Source: an uncultured Candidatus Saccharibacteria bacterium (lineage in GTDB: Bacteria > Patescibacteriota > Minisyncoccia > Phycocordibacterales > SW-6-46-9). From it: a stretch of DNA of 57,179 nucleotides. Below the pieces are notes generated by a model, which was not told where the DNA came from, did not search any database, and saw only the letters and a list, made by a program, of their open reading frames with translations. The first letter of the stretch is position 1; each line of letters opens with the position of its first letter. Positions 1-8,246 of this stretch are shown piece after piece. The stretch lies in assembly GCA_964534365.1 (NCBI GenBank), contig CAZHOI010000004.1, forward strand, positions 1 through 57,179. The letters run 5' to 3'. The translations under genes were made by a program, and so were the position numbers.

Positions 1-196
1 AGATCCTAGGGTACAAGTCAGCGTATGAAATCATGAGAGAAAATCAGTTATTATTTAAACAGAAGTGTCCTAATTGAGGGTGGAATTCAGGACACTAAAT
101 CTTAACATATATTACCTTAATTATTGTCTTTGTCAATACCATTAACTTATTGCGTTTAGTTTACTAGAATAGTTTGTCTGACTATAATCACAATCT

Positions 197-1129
197 ATGG
201 AAACAATATATATTGCGGGGCATAAATCACCTGATTTGGATAGTGTTATGGGTTCAATTTCATACGCTTATTTAAAATCCCAAGTTGATACCAAACATAA
301 ATTTCAACCAGTCATTACTGGTGAGCTTAATCTAGAAACCAAATATATATTGGATAAATATGATCTAGCACCACCAGATCAAATGGATTCTTTATCTGGT
401 AAATCAGTTATATTGGTGGATCATAATGAAGCGTATCAAGCGATTGACGGCTTAGCCGAGGCTGAAATTTTGGAAATAATTGATCATCATAAAATGAGCT
501 TTGATTATCATGCTCCGATTAAAATTATTGTCGAGCCAATTGGCTCATCCTGTAGTGTAATTTTCAAAATGTTCAAGGCCGAGCAAGTAGACATCCCACA
601 AAATATTGCCGCTGGTATGTTGGCAGCGGTTCTAACTGACACTGTTATTACGAAATCCCCTACTACTACGAGGCAAGACCGCGAGATCATCCCGCAACTA
701 TCAGATATCGCCGGAATTGATGACTGGCATGAATACGGAATGGAAATATTTAAAGTTAGATCATCAGTGTCAGATAAAACTGATGAAGAGATTATCGTTT
801 CTGACTATAAAGACTTTGAAATTGGAGGTAGTAAATTTGGCATCGGTCAAGTAGAAACAGTAGACATCACCGAATTTGATGATCGTAAACAGGATTTACT
901 CGACGCCTTGCAATCTAAAAGGAGTCATGAAAATTATCATACAATTATATTATTTATAACTGACATTTTGGCGGAAGAATCTACATTCTTGATTGCTTCC
1001 ACCGACGAGGACAAAGTGGCCAGGGCTTTTGGGACCACTTGTAAAGACCATCAATTTATCGCGCCGGTAATGTCGCGGAAAAAACAGGTGGTGCCTAGTT
1101 TGATGAAAGAGTTTAAGGAGACTAAATAA
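197..1129 (+). CDS. ppaC: Manganese-dependent inorganic pyrophosphatase (DHH family II PPase)
   Basis: N-terminal GHKSPDLDS, DHNE, IIDHH (DHH motif), DT motif, C-terminal SRKKQ. Confidence 0.93.
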   Translation: METIYIAGHKSPDLDSVMGSISYAYLKSQVDTKHKFQPVITGELNLETKYILDKYDLAPPDQMDSLSGKSVILVDHNEAYQAIDGLAEAEILEIIDHHKMSFDYHAPIKIIVEPIGSSCSVIFKMFKAEQVDIPQNIAAGMLAAVLTDTVITKSPTTTRQDREIIPQLSDIAGIDDWHEYGMEIFKVRSSVSDKTDEEIIVSDYKDFEIGGSKFGIGQVETVDITEFDDRKQDLLDALQSKRSHENYHTIILFITDILAEESTFLIASTDEDKVARAFGTTCKDHQFIAPVMSRKKQVVPSLMKEFKETK

Positions 1130-1209
1130 CAGATTTTTACATCAGTTGGAGAAAAGACCTCTAGAGCGAGTGGTATAATGACCTACGTAATAATTTTTGA
1201 ACTTTAAAT

Positions 1210-2121
1210 ATGTCATATCACTCCTACAATCCCTCGTTTATTGGCCTGTTACTAATATTGGCACTGATTGCGCCGGGACTATTATTAGCCCAGGTTGATA
1301 CTTCAGCCGAACTAGAAGCTGATTTGGAAACCAGTGTTGAAACACGAGATGCAGATCAATTGCAAAATAGACAGAATAACTTGATTCAATTACGTTCTGA
1401 TCGCAACTCATCTATCGAGGCCAGAAGTGAAGCCAGGACCGAAACCAGACTACAGCGCCAAAATAATATTCAAAACAATCTCGGCGATCGTCAGGCGCAA
1501 CAGGACGCCAGGCAATTGAACCGCCAAGATCTGAGTCAACAGCGCCAACAAAATCGCCAAAATGGAGCCGAAGCCAGACGCGAGCGTCGCGCAGAACGAT
1601 TGGCCGAGCGTCGCGTCGCACGTGAAGAACGTCAAGCCACGATCAGGCAAGATTTGATCACTCGATTAAATCTAACCCAACAACAACGCGCCGAAAATCG
1701 TGCCCAATTTAATGCTGACCAAATACAGAGGGTCGAAAACTCCGCAGCGCAACTAGCCTCTGCTTATCTAGCTAAACTAGAACGCGCCGAGAATATTTTC
1801 GCTCAACTACAAACCCGCCTGGAAGTGCAAGCTGATCAAGGTCAAGACATCGAATCGACTACCCTGTTATTAAACCAAGCCCAAGAATTGTTGACAAGTG
1901 CAGAAAATAGCGCGGCAACCGCCACCGTGAATGCCGAATTAATGTTGGAGGCGGATCAAACTGCCCTGGTCTGGGTAGAAGCACAAGAACAATTCTCTGA
2001 AGCCAAAGCAACATTGCAGCAATTGAAACCTATTTATCGCGAGGCTCTGGCAGAATTAAAACGTAATGAAGTAAGTATCAATGCAGAAGTCAGCGGCGAA
2101 GTTAATAATCAAATCAATTAA
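1210..2121 (+). CDS. Hypothetical secreted Q/R/E-rich coiled-coil protein
   Basis: 303-aa ORF; signal-peptide-like N-terminus (LLLILALIAPGLLLAQ) followed by long heptad-rich helices. Confidence 0.7.
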   Translation: MSYHSYNPSFIGLLLILALIAPGLLLAQVDTSAELEADLETSVETRDADQLQNRQNNLIQLRSDRNSSIEARSEARTETRLQRQNNIQNNLGDRQAQQDARQLNRQDLSQQRQQNRQNGAEARRERRAERLAERRVAREERQATIRQDLITRLNLTQQQRAENRAQFNADQIQRVENSAAQLASAYLAKLERAENIFAQLQTRLEVQADQGQDIESTTLLLNQAQELLTSAENSAATATVNAELMLEADQTALVWVEAQEQFSEAKATLQQLKPIYREALAELKRNEVSINAEVSGEVNNQIN

Positions 2122-2126
2122 TTTAT

Positions 2127-2402
2127 ATGAACCCGAGTAAATCTCATGACAGCAATAGCAGCGCTGCCGTAATTGGTGGCCTGGCTTTTATCGTCATTTT
2201 AGTTTTAATAGCCCTATATTTCTGGGGAGCGCGAGTGAGCTTGGAGAATCAAGCGACCAGAGTTAATATTGATGGTCCTTCAATTCAGAGCACCAGTCCA
2301 GGTGACACCACAGCTGATATCGAAGCACAGCTGGACCTATTCTCCCCCGATGAATTACCCACCAGTGATCCCAAAATCGAATCAGTGGTTGAAGCCGACT
2401 AA
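2127..2402 (+). CDS. Small single-pass membrane protein
   Basis: Hydrophobic stretch AAVIGGLAFIVILVLIALYFWG; starts 5 nt after the previous stop. Confidence 0.6.
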   Translation: MNPSKSHDSNSSAAVIGGLAFIVILVLIALYFWGARVSLENQATRVNIDGPSIQSTSPGDTTADIEAQLDLFSPDELPTSDPKIESVVEAD

Positions 2403-2414
2403 GCTCGGTCAAAC

Positions 2415-2442
2415 ACCGCCGAAATCTAAAAAGGCGGTTTTT
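2415..2442 (+). terminator. Possible intrinsic terminator
   Basis: accgcc/ggcggt stem followed by a short T-tract after the 1210-2402 gene pair. Confidence 0.4.
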
Positions 2443-2484
2443 ATTGCGCCAAACTGATTGCTGCAGTAGCATAACTAAATATTT

Positions 2485-3612
2485 ATGACAGAAAATAAAA
2501 CCGGCCTGAAAGACATTAGCAGCTCGACCAGCGAAGATACTAATGATGCCACAATTACCATTTCGGCCAAGGCTCCCTATCGATTCCTGGCTCAACACTA
2601 TGGTCAATCATTTAATAACTTGATTAAAAACCTCAAGCTGGATGGGTTTAGAAAGGGTAAGATTCCTCCTGAAGTTGCCAAATCGAAAATTCCCGAAATC
2701 TTAGTGTTGGAAAAGGCTGCTCAAACTGTGATTAGCGATTTATACCTGCCTCTGTTACAAAAACACCAGGTTGATGGTCTGGGTGAGCCTCAAATCCAAA
2801 TAACTAAACTAGCCAAAGACAATCCATTAGAGTTCACTATTACCTTGGCAAAGATTCCCCAGGTTGATTTAAAAGAATACCAGCGCATTCGTGACCAGAT
2901 TGATGATACCACTATTAATCCGGATGTAACTAAACAAGAGCTAGATCAGGCGATTGAAGGCTTGCGTCACCAGTGGGCGCAACAAGAAAAATATCAAAAA
3001 TTAATGGCTGAAGATCCAGAACAAGCGGGTAAAACCGACCCTCGTCAGATTAAAGTAGACGACCAGGATCTACCCCAGGTTGACGACAAATTTGTAAAAG
3101 GATTAGGAGATTATAAATCAACCGCTGATTTTCGTGATAAATTTCGTGAAAACATTAAATTAAACAAAGCCAAACAAGAACTAGATCGCCGTCGATCAGA
3201 AGCGTTATCTAAAATAATTGATCAAGCAGAATACACAGTACCCGAACTGGTATATGAGGCCGAACTGGACCGTATGTTTGAATTACGCCAGGCTGAAATC
3301 AAACAAGCGGGATTGAAATTTGGCGATTATCTAAAGGCGGTAAATAAAAGCTCTGCCGAATTACGCGCAGATATGAAGGTCGAAGCTAAAAATCGCGTTC
3401 ATTCCCAAATGGTTATTGCTAAAATTGCTAAACTAGAGGACTTGAAACCGGATAATGATTTGGTAGATCAGGAGGTCGAGCACTTGGCAAAGCTATATCC
3501 GGATGCCCCACAGCCTAATTTAGTAGCCTATGTTCAATCACAATTAACCTCGGGTGAAGTTTTAAAATGGTTGGTAGCGCCCACTGACGATAAAAATGAT
3601 ACCAAAAAGTAA
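2485..3612 (+). CDS. tig: Trigger factor (appears to lack the FKBP/PPIase domain)
   Basis: Ribosome-binding signature GFRKGKIP, C-terminal chaperone domain, tig-clpP synteny; only 375 aa. Confidence 0.85.
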   Translation: MTENKTGLKDISSSTSEDTNDATITISAKAPYRFLAQHYGQSFNNLIKNLKLDGFRKGKIPPEVAKSKIPEILVLEKAAQTVISDLYLPLLQKHQVDGLGEPQIQITKLAKDNPLEFTITLAKIPQVDLKEYQRIRDQIDDTTINPDVTKQELDQAIEGLRHQWAQQEKYQKLMAEDPEQAGKTDPRQIKVDDQDLPQVDDKFVKGLGDYKSTADFRDKFRENIKLNKAKQELDRRRSEALSKIIDQAEYTVPELVYEAELDRMFELRQAEIKQAGLKFGDYLKAVNKSSAELRADMKVEAKNRVHSQMVIAKIAKLEDLKPDNDLVDQEVEHLAKLYPDAPQPNLVAYVQSQLTSGEVLKWLVAPTDDKNDTKK

Positions 3613-3637
3613 GCTCCGCACATGTTAAAATAAATGT

Positions 3638-3847
3638 ATGGAAGATAAAAAGTATGATGAATTAATGCAGGCGGTAGCAACTGGTTTCAATCGAATGGAA
3701 GACAACATGGATTCAAGTTTTGAGAGACTGGAAAACAAGGTCGATGGGCTGCAAAATCAGCTTGATAATGAGGCTGTGCGAAACACTGACAAGCTAGCTG
3801 ACATGGAAACTCGGGTAGTTGATTTAGAACAAACCGTTTTTGAATAA
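3638..3847 (+). CDS. Small acidic coiled-coil hypothetical protein
   Basis: 69-aa ORF filling the tig-clpP gap, heptad pattern. Confidence 0.55.
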   Translation: MEDKKYDELMQAVATGFNRMEDNMDSSFERLENKVDGLQNQLDNEAVRNTDKLADMETRVVDLEQTVFE

Positions 3848-3965
3848 GTTTTAGAACATGCATCAAATGCTACGATTTGCGTTTGAACTATCATGGCAGG
3901 CGCTTGATTAATCGCTTTCTGAATATACTTCATACTCAATTCTCTATACGCTATACTATCCACAT

Positions 3966-4598
3966 ATGTTAATCCCAACTGTTATCGAAAAATCTACCTA
4001 TGGCGAGAGGGCGTATGATATTTATTCGCGATTACTAGAAGAAAGAATTGTATTTATTGGTGGTCCGGTCAATGATCAGATGGCCAATACTGTTGTAGCC
4101 CAGCTATTGTTTCTGGCCAGTAAAGACTCTAAAAAAGACATCAATGTATACATTAACTCCCCAGGTGGATCAGTAACTGCCGGGATGGCAATGCTGGATA
4201 CCATGAATTATGTAGCGCCTGATATTGTAACAACTTGCGTTGGTATGGCTGCATCAATGGGGGCAATACTGCTATCAGCTGGTAAAAAAGGTAAACGATA
4301 TGCCCTGCCTAATTCGGAAATCATGATCCATCAACCATTGGGTGGCGCCCAGGGTCAGGCTACCGATATTGAAATCACTGCTAAGCAAATCCTTAAGATT
4401 AAAGATAAACTGAACCGAATCCTGGCAGATAATACGGGACAAGATTTAGAGAAAATTGAATCGGACGTTGATCGCGATTATTATATGGGGGCTAGTGAAG
4501 CTAAAGAGTACGGGGTAATTGATGAAATTTTATACAGCAAAAACCCACTTGATGATCGTCTAAAATCTGATTCTGATCAAAACGAAAATATTAAGTAG
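3966..4598 (+). CDS. clpP: ATP-dependent Clp protease proteolytic subunit
   Basis: [28 protein letters not shown] (catalytic Ser), MIHQP (His). Confidence 0.97.
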   Translation: MLIPTVIEKSTYGERAYDIYSRLLEERIVFIGGPVNDQMANTVVAQLLFLASKDSKKDINVYINSPGGSVTAGMAMLDTMNYVAPDIVTTCVGMAASMGAILLSAGKKGKRYALPNSEIMIHQPLGGAQGQATDIEITAKQILKIKDKLNRILADNTGQDLEKIESDVDRDYYMGASEAKEYGVIDEILYSKNPLDDRLKSDSDQNENIK

Positions 4599-4634
4599 TC
4601 GAAAACTAAGCCTAAAAAGCGTACTATAGAATTA

Positions 4635-6122
4635 ATGATTTCTGCTAGTAGCGCTTTTTTACTGTTAATTTTAGTCGGCCTATTAGGGCTGGCATTGGGC
4701 TATCTATTGCGGTTTTTACAAATGACAGTTGCCAAAGCACAATTGGAAGTAAATGTTAAAAAGAACCTCTTAAAAGCCCGGGAACAGGCAGCTGACATCA
4801 TCGCCAAAGCCAACACCCAAACCCTTGACCTTAGAACGGAGCTGGAGGCCAAACGCCAGCAATTACGCCATGACAAACTGGCCCTTGATGAAAATAAGGC
4901 TGAGTTGCAAGAACAAGTCAAAAAAAACGCCAGTCGTAAAACCGAACTTGATGATTTAGTCTCTAATTATAAAAAGTCTTTGAACGATATCGCGAACAGT
5001 AACCCTAATCTAGACCTATCGGATCTGCGGCAGCAAATGACTGACCTGGTTGATTTGCAACTGGAAAGCCATTATCAAACAAAAAAAAGTGCCCTGGAAA
5101 TAAGTCTCGACGATGATTTAAACAATATAATTCAGCAAGTACTTCCCCAAGTTGCTAGAAGAACGGTGCGAAATAATACCAGCGTTACGATCAACGTGTC
5201 GGGTAGCGAGATTGGCAAAATCATTGGCAAAGATGGTGTCAATATAAAATCCTTTGAACGCTATGCTGGGGTGGATTTGGTGATTGATGATGTTGCAAAC
5301 ACTGTTACCGTTTCCAGCCTTAGCCCTAAACGAAGGCTGATTGCCAAACAAGCCTTAATTGAATTGTTGGAAGACGGTCGAATTAACCGCGACCAAATTT
5401 ACCATTCAGTTCGTGAAGTTGAGGATCGTTTACTGGCCGAGGCCACTAAATTAGTCAATCGAGGGTTGCGCGACCTCAATCTAGATACCAATCCGATAAT
5501 TACGAAAAATCCTGAAATTAAATCGCACTTGGTTAATTTATATTTTCGACATTCATATGGTCAAAATCAACTAGAACACTCACTTGAGGTAGCAGACATT
5601 GCAGGACGTATTGCTGCCGAGATTTTGCCAGATCAAGTTGCTGGGGCTAAATTGGTTGGATTGCTTCATGATTTGGGCAAAGCTTCAATCGGCAGCACAA
5701 ATCATGTTGACGAGAGCATTAAATTACTACAACAATATTCAGAGGTTCCAAAACCAATTCTAAATGCAATTGCCGAACATCATGACACCAAACCTGGTTC
5801 GGTGCTGTCAGCTATCTTACAAGCTGCTGATGCCATATCATCAGGCAGGCCAGGAGCCAGAAACCCGCGCTCGGATCAAGCTCTAATCAGGCAGGAAAAA
5901 CTTGAAGAATTGATTTCTGAGTATCATGATGTGGATAACGTATTTGCCCTATCGGGTGGACGTGAAGTCCATATCTTGATTCGTAACCGCAATTATAGTC
6001 AGTCAAACATGCGCCAATTGCTTACCAACATAACTAAAAAAATTCAGGACGAAAATCTTGCCTATTCACCGATTACCATTACCATGATCAGAGAGGACGA
6101 AATTGTCCAAAATCTGGCTTAA
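4635..6122 (+). CDS. rny: Ribonuclease Y
   Basis: N-terminal TM helix, coiled coil, KH (GKIIGKDGVNI), HD domain (HSYGQN..HSLEV, LLHDLGK, HH, AADAISSGRPGAR). Confidence 0.85.
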   Translation: MISASSAFLLLILVGLLGLALGYLLRFLQMTVAKAQLEVNVKKNLLKAREQAADIIAKANTQTLDLRTELEAKRQQLRHDKLALDENKAELQEQVKKNASRKTELDDLVSNYKKSLNDIANSNPNLDLSDLRQQMTDLVDLQLESHYQTKKSALEISLDDDLNNIIQQVLPQVARRTVRNNTSVTINVSGSEIGKIIGKDGVNIKSFERYAGVDLVIDDVANTVTVSSLSPKRRLIAKQALIELLEDGRINRDQIYHSVREVEDRLLAEATKLVNRGLRDLNLDTNPIITKNPEIKSHLVNLYFRHSYGQNQLEHSLEVADIAGRIAAEILPDQVAGAKLVGLLHDLGKASIGSTNHVDESIKLLQQYSEVPKPILNAIAEHHDTKPGSVLSAILQAADAISSGRPGARNPRSDQALIRQEKLEELISEYHDVDNVFALSGGREVHILIRNRNYSQSNMRQLLTNITKKIQDENLAYSPITITMIREDEIVQNLA

Positions 6123-6441
6123 ATACTGGGTTAAATTTGTTTTATATGGCAATTGTTAAATGAATGCTTTCATTACTAAACTACCATCAACTGATTAAAC
6201 AAATTTTGAAGGATACCAACCTTTCTTAACCATTATTTATATGAATTTTATGATCGAGCTGCGATTTTATGTTTAGGGCAGTTTGTTATTTAATTATTAA
6301 GATTCGCGTATGGTAAAGGGATTTGGTAAAACGCCCTATTTTAGCGGTATAATTAATAACAGGTAAGGTTTTTACTTGACTGGGCGTGATAGTGGTCAAT
6401 CAAATTCCATCACCTATGTTTAGAAACTAATAAATAATAAT

Positions 6442-6726
6442 ATGGCAATGAATAAATCAGATTTAGCCGATAAGGTTCACGATTATTTAGGCGGAACTAA
6501 AGTTCAGGCCGACGGTGTGGTGCAGCTTGTTATTGACGAGATTCACCGATCACTTAAAAAAGGTGAAGACGTATCAATTGCGGGACTAGGGATCTTTAAA
6601 GTTACCCGACGCAAAGCCCGCAAGGCGCGTAATCCACGTACTGGCGAAGAGATTCAAGTACCGGCGATGAACGTACCAAAATTCAAAGCAGCAAAAGCTC
6701 TGAAAGACGCGGTTAAAAATAGTTAA
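6442..6726 (+). CDS. hup: DNA-binding protein HU
   Basis: MNKSDL N-terminus, GLGIF, RKARNPRTGE, PKFKAAKALKDAV. Confidence 0.93.
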   Translation: MAMNKSDLADKVHDYLGGTKVQADGVVQLVIDEIHRSLKKGEDVSIAGLGIFKVTRRKARKARNPRTGEEIQVPAMNVPKFKAAKALKDAVKNS

Positions 6727-6747
6727 CACTACCAGCTTCATGAAAAT

Positions 6748-6772
6748 AAACTACCACTTTGGTAGTTTTTTT
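6748..6772. terminator. Likely bidirectional intrinsic terminator between hup and the GIY-YIG gene
   Basis: aaactacc-acttt-ggtagttt hairpin, A-rich on the left and T-tract on the right. Confidence 0.6.
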
Positions 6773-6774
6773 AA

Positions 6775-7014
6775 TCATCCAAACAATTTCATTAATTCTT
6801 TTCTTCCTGAACTACTTTTCCACCATTTTCCCCTAGCTTTTGCTTCTTTCATAGCTCTGAATACTTCTGAATGCAACAATACTAGCGGAATTCTGTTTTT
6901 AGTAGATCTTACGTAACCTTTGTTATGTCGATCTAGTCTAGATTGAAGATCAGAAGTATAGCCGACATAAGTTCTAAGATTTTTTTTACTTAGCAAAATG
7001 TATACCCAATACAT
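6775..7014 (-). CDS. Small GIY-YIG nuclease-family protein (catalytic Glu apparently Gly)
   Basis: WVYIL..TYVGYT.DL..RL..HN.G...STK.R.P pattern; the usual RE motif reads RG. Confidence 0.8.
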   Translation of the reverse strand: MYWVYILLSKKNLRTYVGYTSDLQSRLDRHNKGYVRSTKNRIPLVLLHSEVFRAMKEAKARGKWWKSSSGRKELMKLFG

Positions 7015-7060
7015 TAATAATATTATATGTTACTAAATACAAAATAAGTCAGAAGGTGGT

Positions 7061-7183
7061 CTCGCACAAAACTTGGAAGTTTGTAAGTTCGGGTCGCCAT
7101 AAGCGAACCTTGCACAGATTTACGCTGCAGATTGCGGGTCGCCATAAGCGAACCTCGCACAAAACTGCTAGCAGTTTTGTGCG
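7061..7183. repeat. tRNA-3'-end-like tandem repeats with hairpin spacers
   Basis: gggtcgccataagcgaacct exact at 7091-7110 and 7136-7155; ctcgcacaaaact at 7061 and 7154; perfect 28-bp palindrome 7156-7183. Confidence 0.8.
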
Positions 7184-7250
7184 GGTGGAGAGAATCGAAC
7201 TCTCGACCACAGCTTGGAAGGCTGTTGTTATACCACTTAACTACACCCGC
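7180..7250 (-). tRNA. tRNA-Gly (TCC)
   Basis: GCGGGTG..CACCCGCA acceptor stem, anticodon arm acagc-CTTCCAA-gctgt, TTCGATT T-loop; no encoded CCA. Confidence 0.95.
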
Positions 7251-7274
7251 CCACTTATGCATAAGTGGGCGGGT
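7245..7274. repeat. Perfect 30-bp palindrome overlapping the tRNA-Gly(TCC) 5' end
   Basis: acccgcccacttatg|cataagtgggcgggt. Confidence 0.9.
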
Positions 7275-7436
7275 ACACCCATCTAATTCATAGTAGTAAA
7301 ACAATAATAGCTAAAGATAGGTTCTGATACAACATTAATTGCCTTCAAAGGCAATTTTGGTTATTCTTGTCAGTATTGTTTAGAGCATCGGTCTCTATAA
7401 CATCGGGCCGCTCTTTATATGGCGAGTCCCGCAAAA

Positions 7437-7510
7437 CGGGGTATAGTATAGTGGTAGTACGTATCGTTTGGGACGATATAGTCTCGGTTCGATTCCGAGT
7501 ACCCCGACCA
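7437..7510 (+). tRNA. tRNA-Pro (TGG)
   Basis: CGGGGTA..TACCCCG-A-CCA; anticodon arm tatcg-TTTGGGA-cgata; GTTCGATTC. Confidence 0.95.
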
Positions 7511-7562
7511 ACATAGAAACTACGTAACAATATGTGGATTTAAGCCTGATTTTAGTTACAAC

Positions 7563-7835
7563 CTATCTGTAAATATCTTTGCGTAAATCAATTGACTTCA
7601 AAATTACTTCGCTGTCGTCAATATCATAACGCAATCTTGCTTGTTTCATGCGATAACGCCACAACCCATCTCCCTGGGCGACGTTAGTAAGCTTTTTAAC
7701 TTTTGAAGAATTTGTAGGATTATTTCTAAGGTTAGTAATTGCCTTTTCAAAGTCAGACTTATAACAAGGATATTTCTTAAAGAATTTAATTGATTGCCTT
7801 TCAAAAGACTTGGTAAAGAAAATTTGGTATTCCAT
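7563..7835 (-). CDS. RelE/ParE-family type II toxin
   Basis: 90 aa, basic; WRYRMKQARLRY and terminal RKDIYR; directly downstream of the antitoxin. Confidence 0.8.
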   Translation of the reverse strand: MEYQIFFTKSFERQSIKFFKKYPCYKSDFEKAITNLRNNPTNSSKVKKLTNVAQGDGLWRYRMKQARLRYDIDDSEVILKSIDLRKDIYR

Positions 7836-7838
7836 TTG

Positions 7839-8090
7839 TTACAAACGTTTCAGTAAATCCTCAATTGGTTTTACTCTACCCGCCTTAATATCTTCATTCG
7901 ACTGCTCTATTTGGGCTTTGATTCTTGGATTAGTTGCATCCAAAAAATCCTCAAATTGATCAATATCAACTACCCCAACTACCGGATAGCCGTCCTTTTC
8001 AATAATTAGATGAGTTTTTTTAGTCCGCACTTCACGCACTAAATTTCCCAGTTGACGCCTAAAGTCTGTGATTGCAATTGTTTTAATCAT
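7839..8090 (-). CDS. Phd/YefM-family antitoxin
   Basis: I.ITDFRRQLGNLVREV...IIEKDGYPVVGVV N-terminal motif; start moved to the ATG at 8090. Confidence 0.8.
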   Translation of the reverse strand: MIKTIAITDFRRQLGNLVREVRTKKTHLIIEKDGYPVVGVVDIDQFEDFLDATNPRIKAQIEQSNEDIKAGRVKPIEDLLKRL

Positions 8091-8100
8091 AATGATCACT

Positions 8101-8120
8101 ATTGTACATTATTGTGCAAT
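8101..8120. promoter_or_regulatory. Probable TA operator in the antitoxin promoter
   Basis: attgtaca-ttat-tgtgcaat imperfect palindrome immediately upstream of the antitoxin. Confidence 0.5.
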
Positions 8121-8246
8121 ATTTGTAAAAGTTGTAACATCTTACACTCTCCTCGACTAATTTTATAAGTACAAGAGCAGATAACAATGGCTAAGAGAAA
8201 CAGCGCTATAAATATTAACTTGCCTTATTAGTCATGAACAAAAAAA

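Noticed and set aside
3845-3847. Genetic code 25 (UGA=Gly) as in Gracilibacteria/Absconditabacteria
   Set aside because: Conserved genes are full length in the standard code and TGA ends plausible genes; a tRNA-Gly(TCC), not TCA, is present.
7061-7183. Mini CRISPR array
   Set aside because: Only two exact 20-nt repeats, spacers are self-complementary and related to each other, repeats resemble the tRNA 3' end, and there are no cas genes.
7023-7530. ORFs 7023-7304, 7056-7286 and 7345-7530 (also 11603-11845)
   Set aside because: They overlap tRNA genes and repeats and translate tRNA sequence; spurious.
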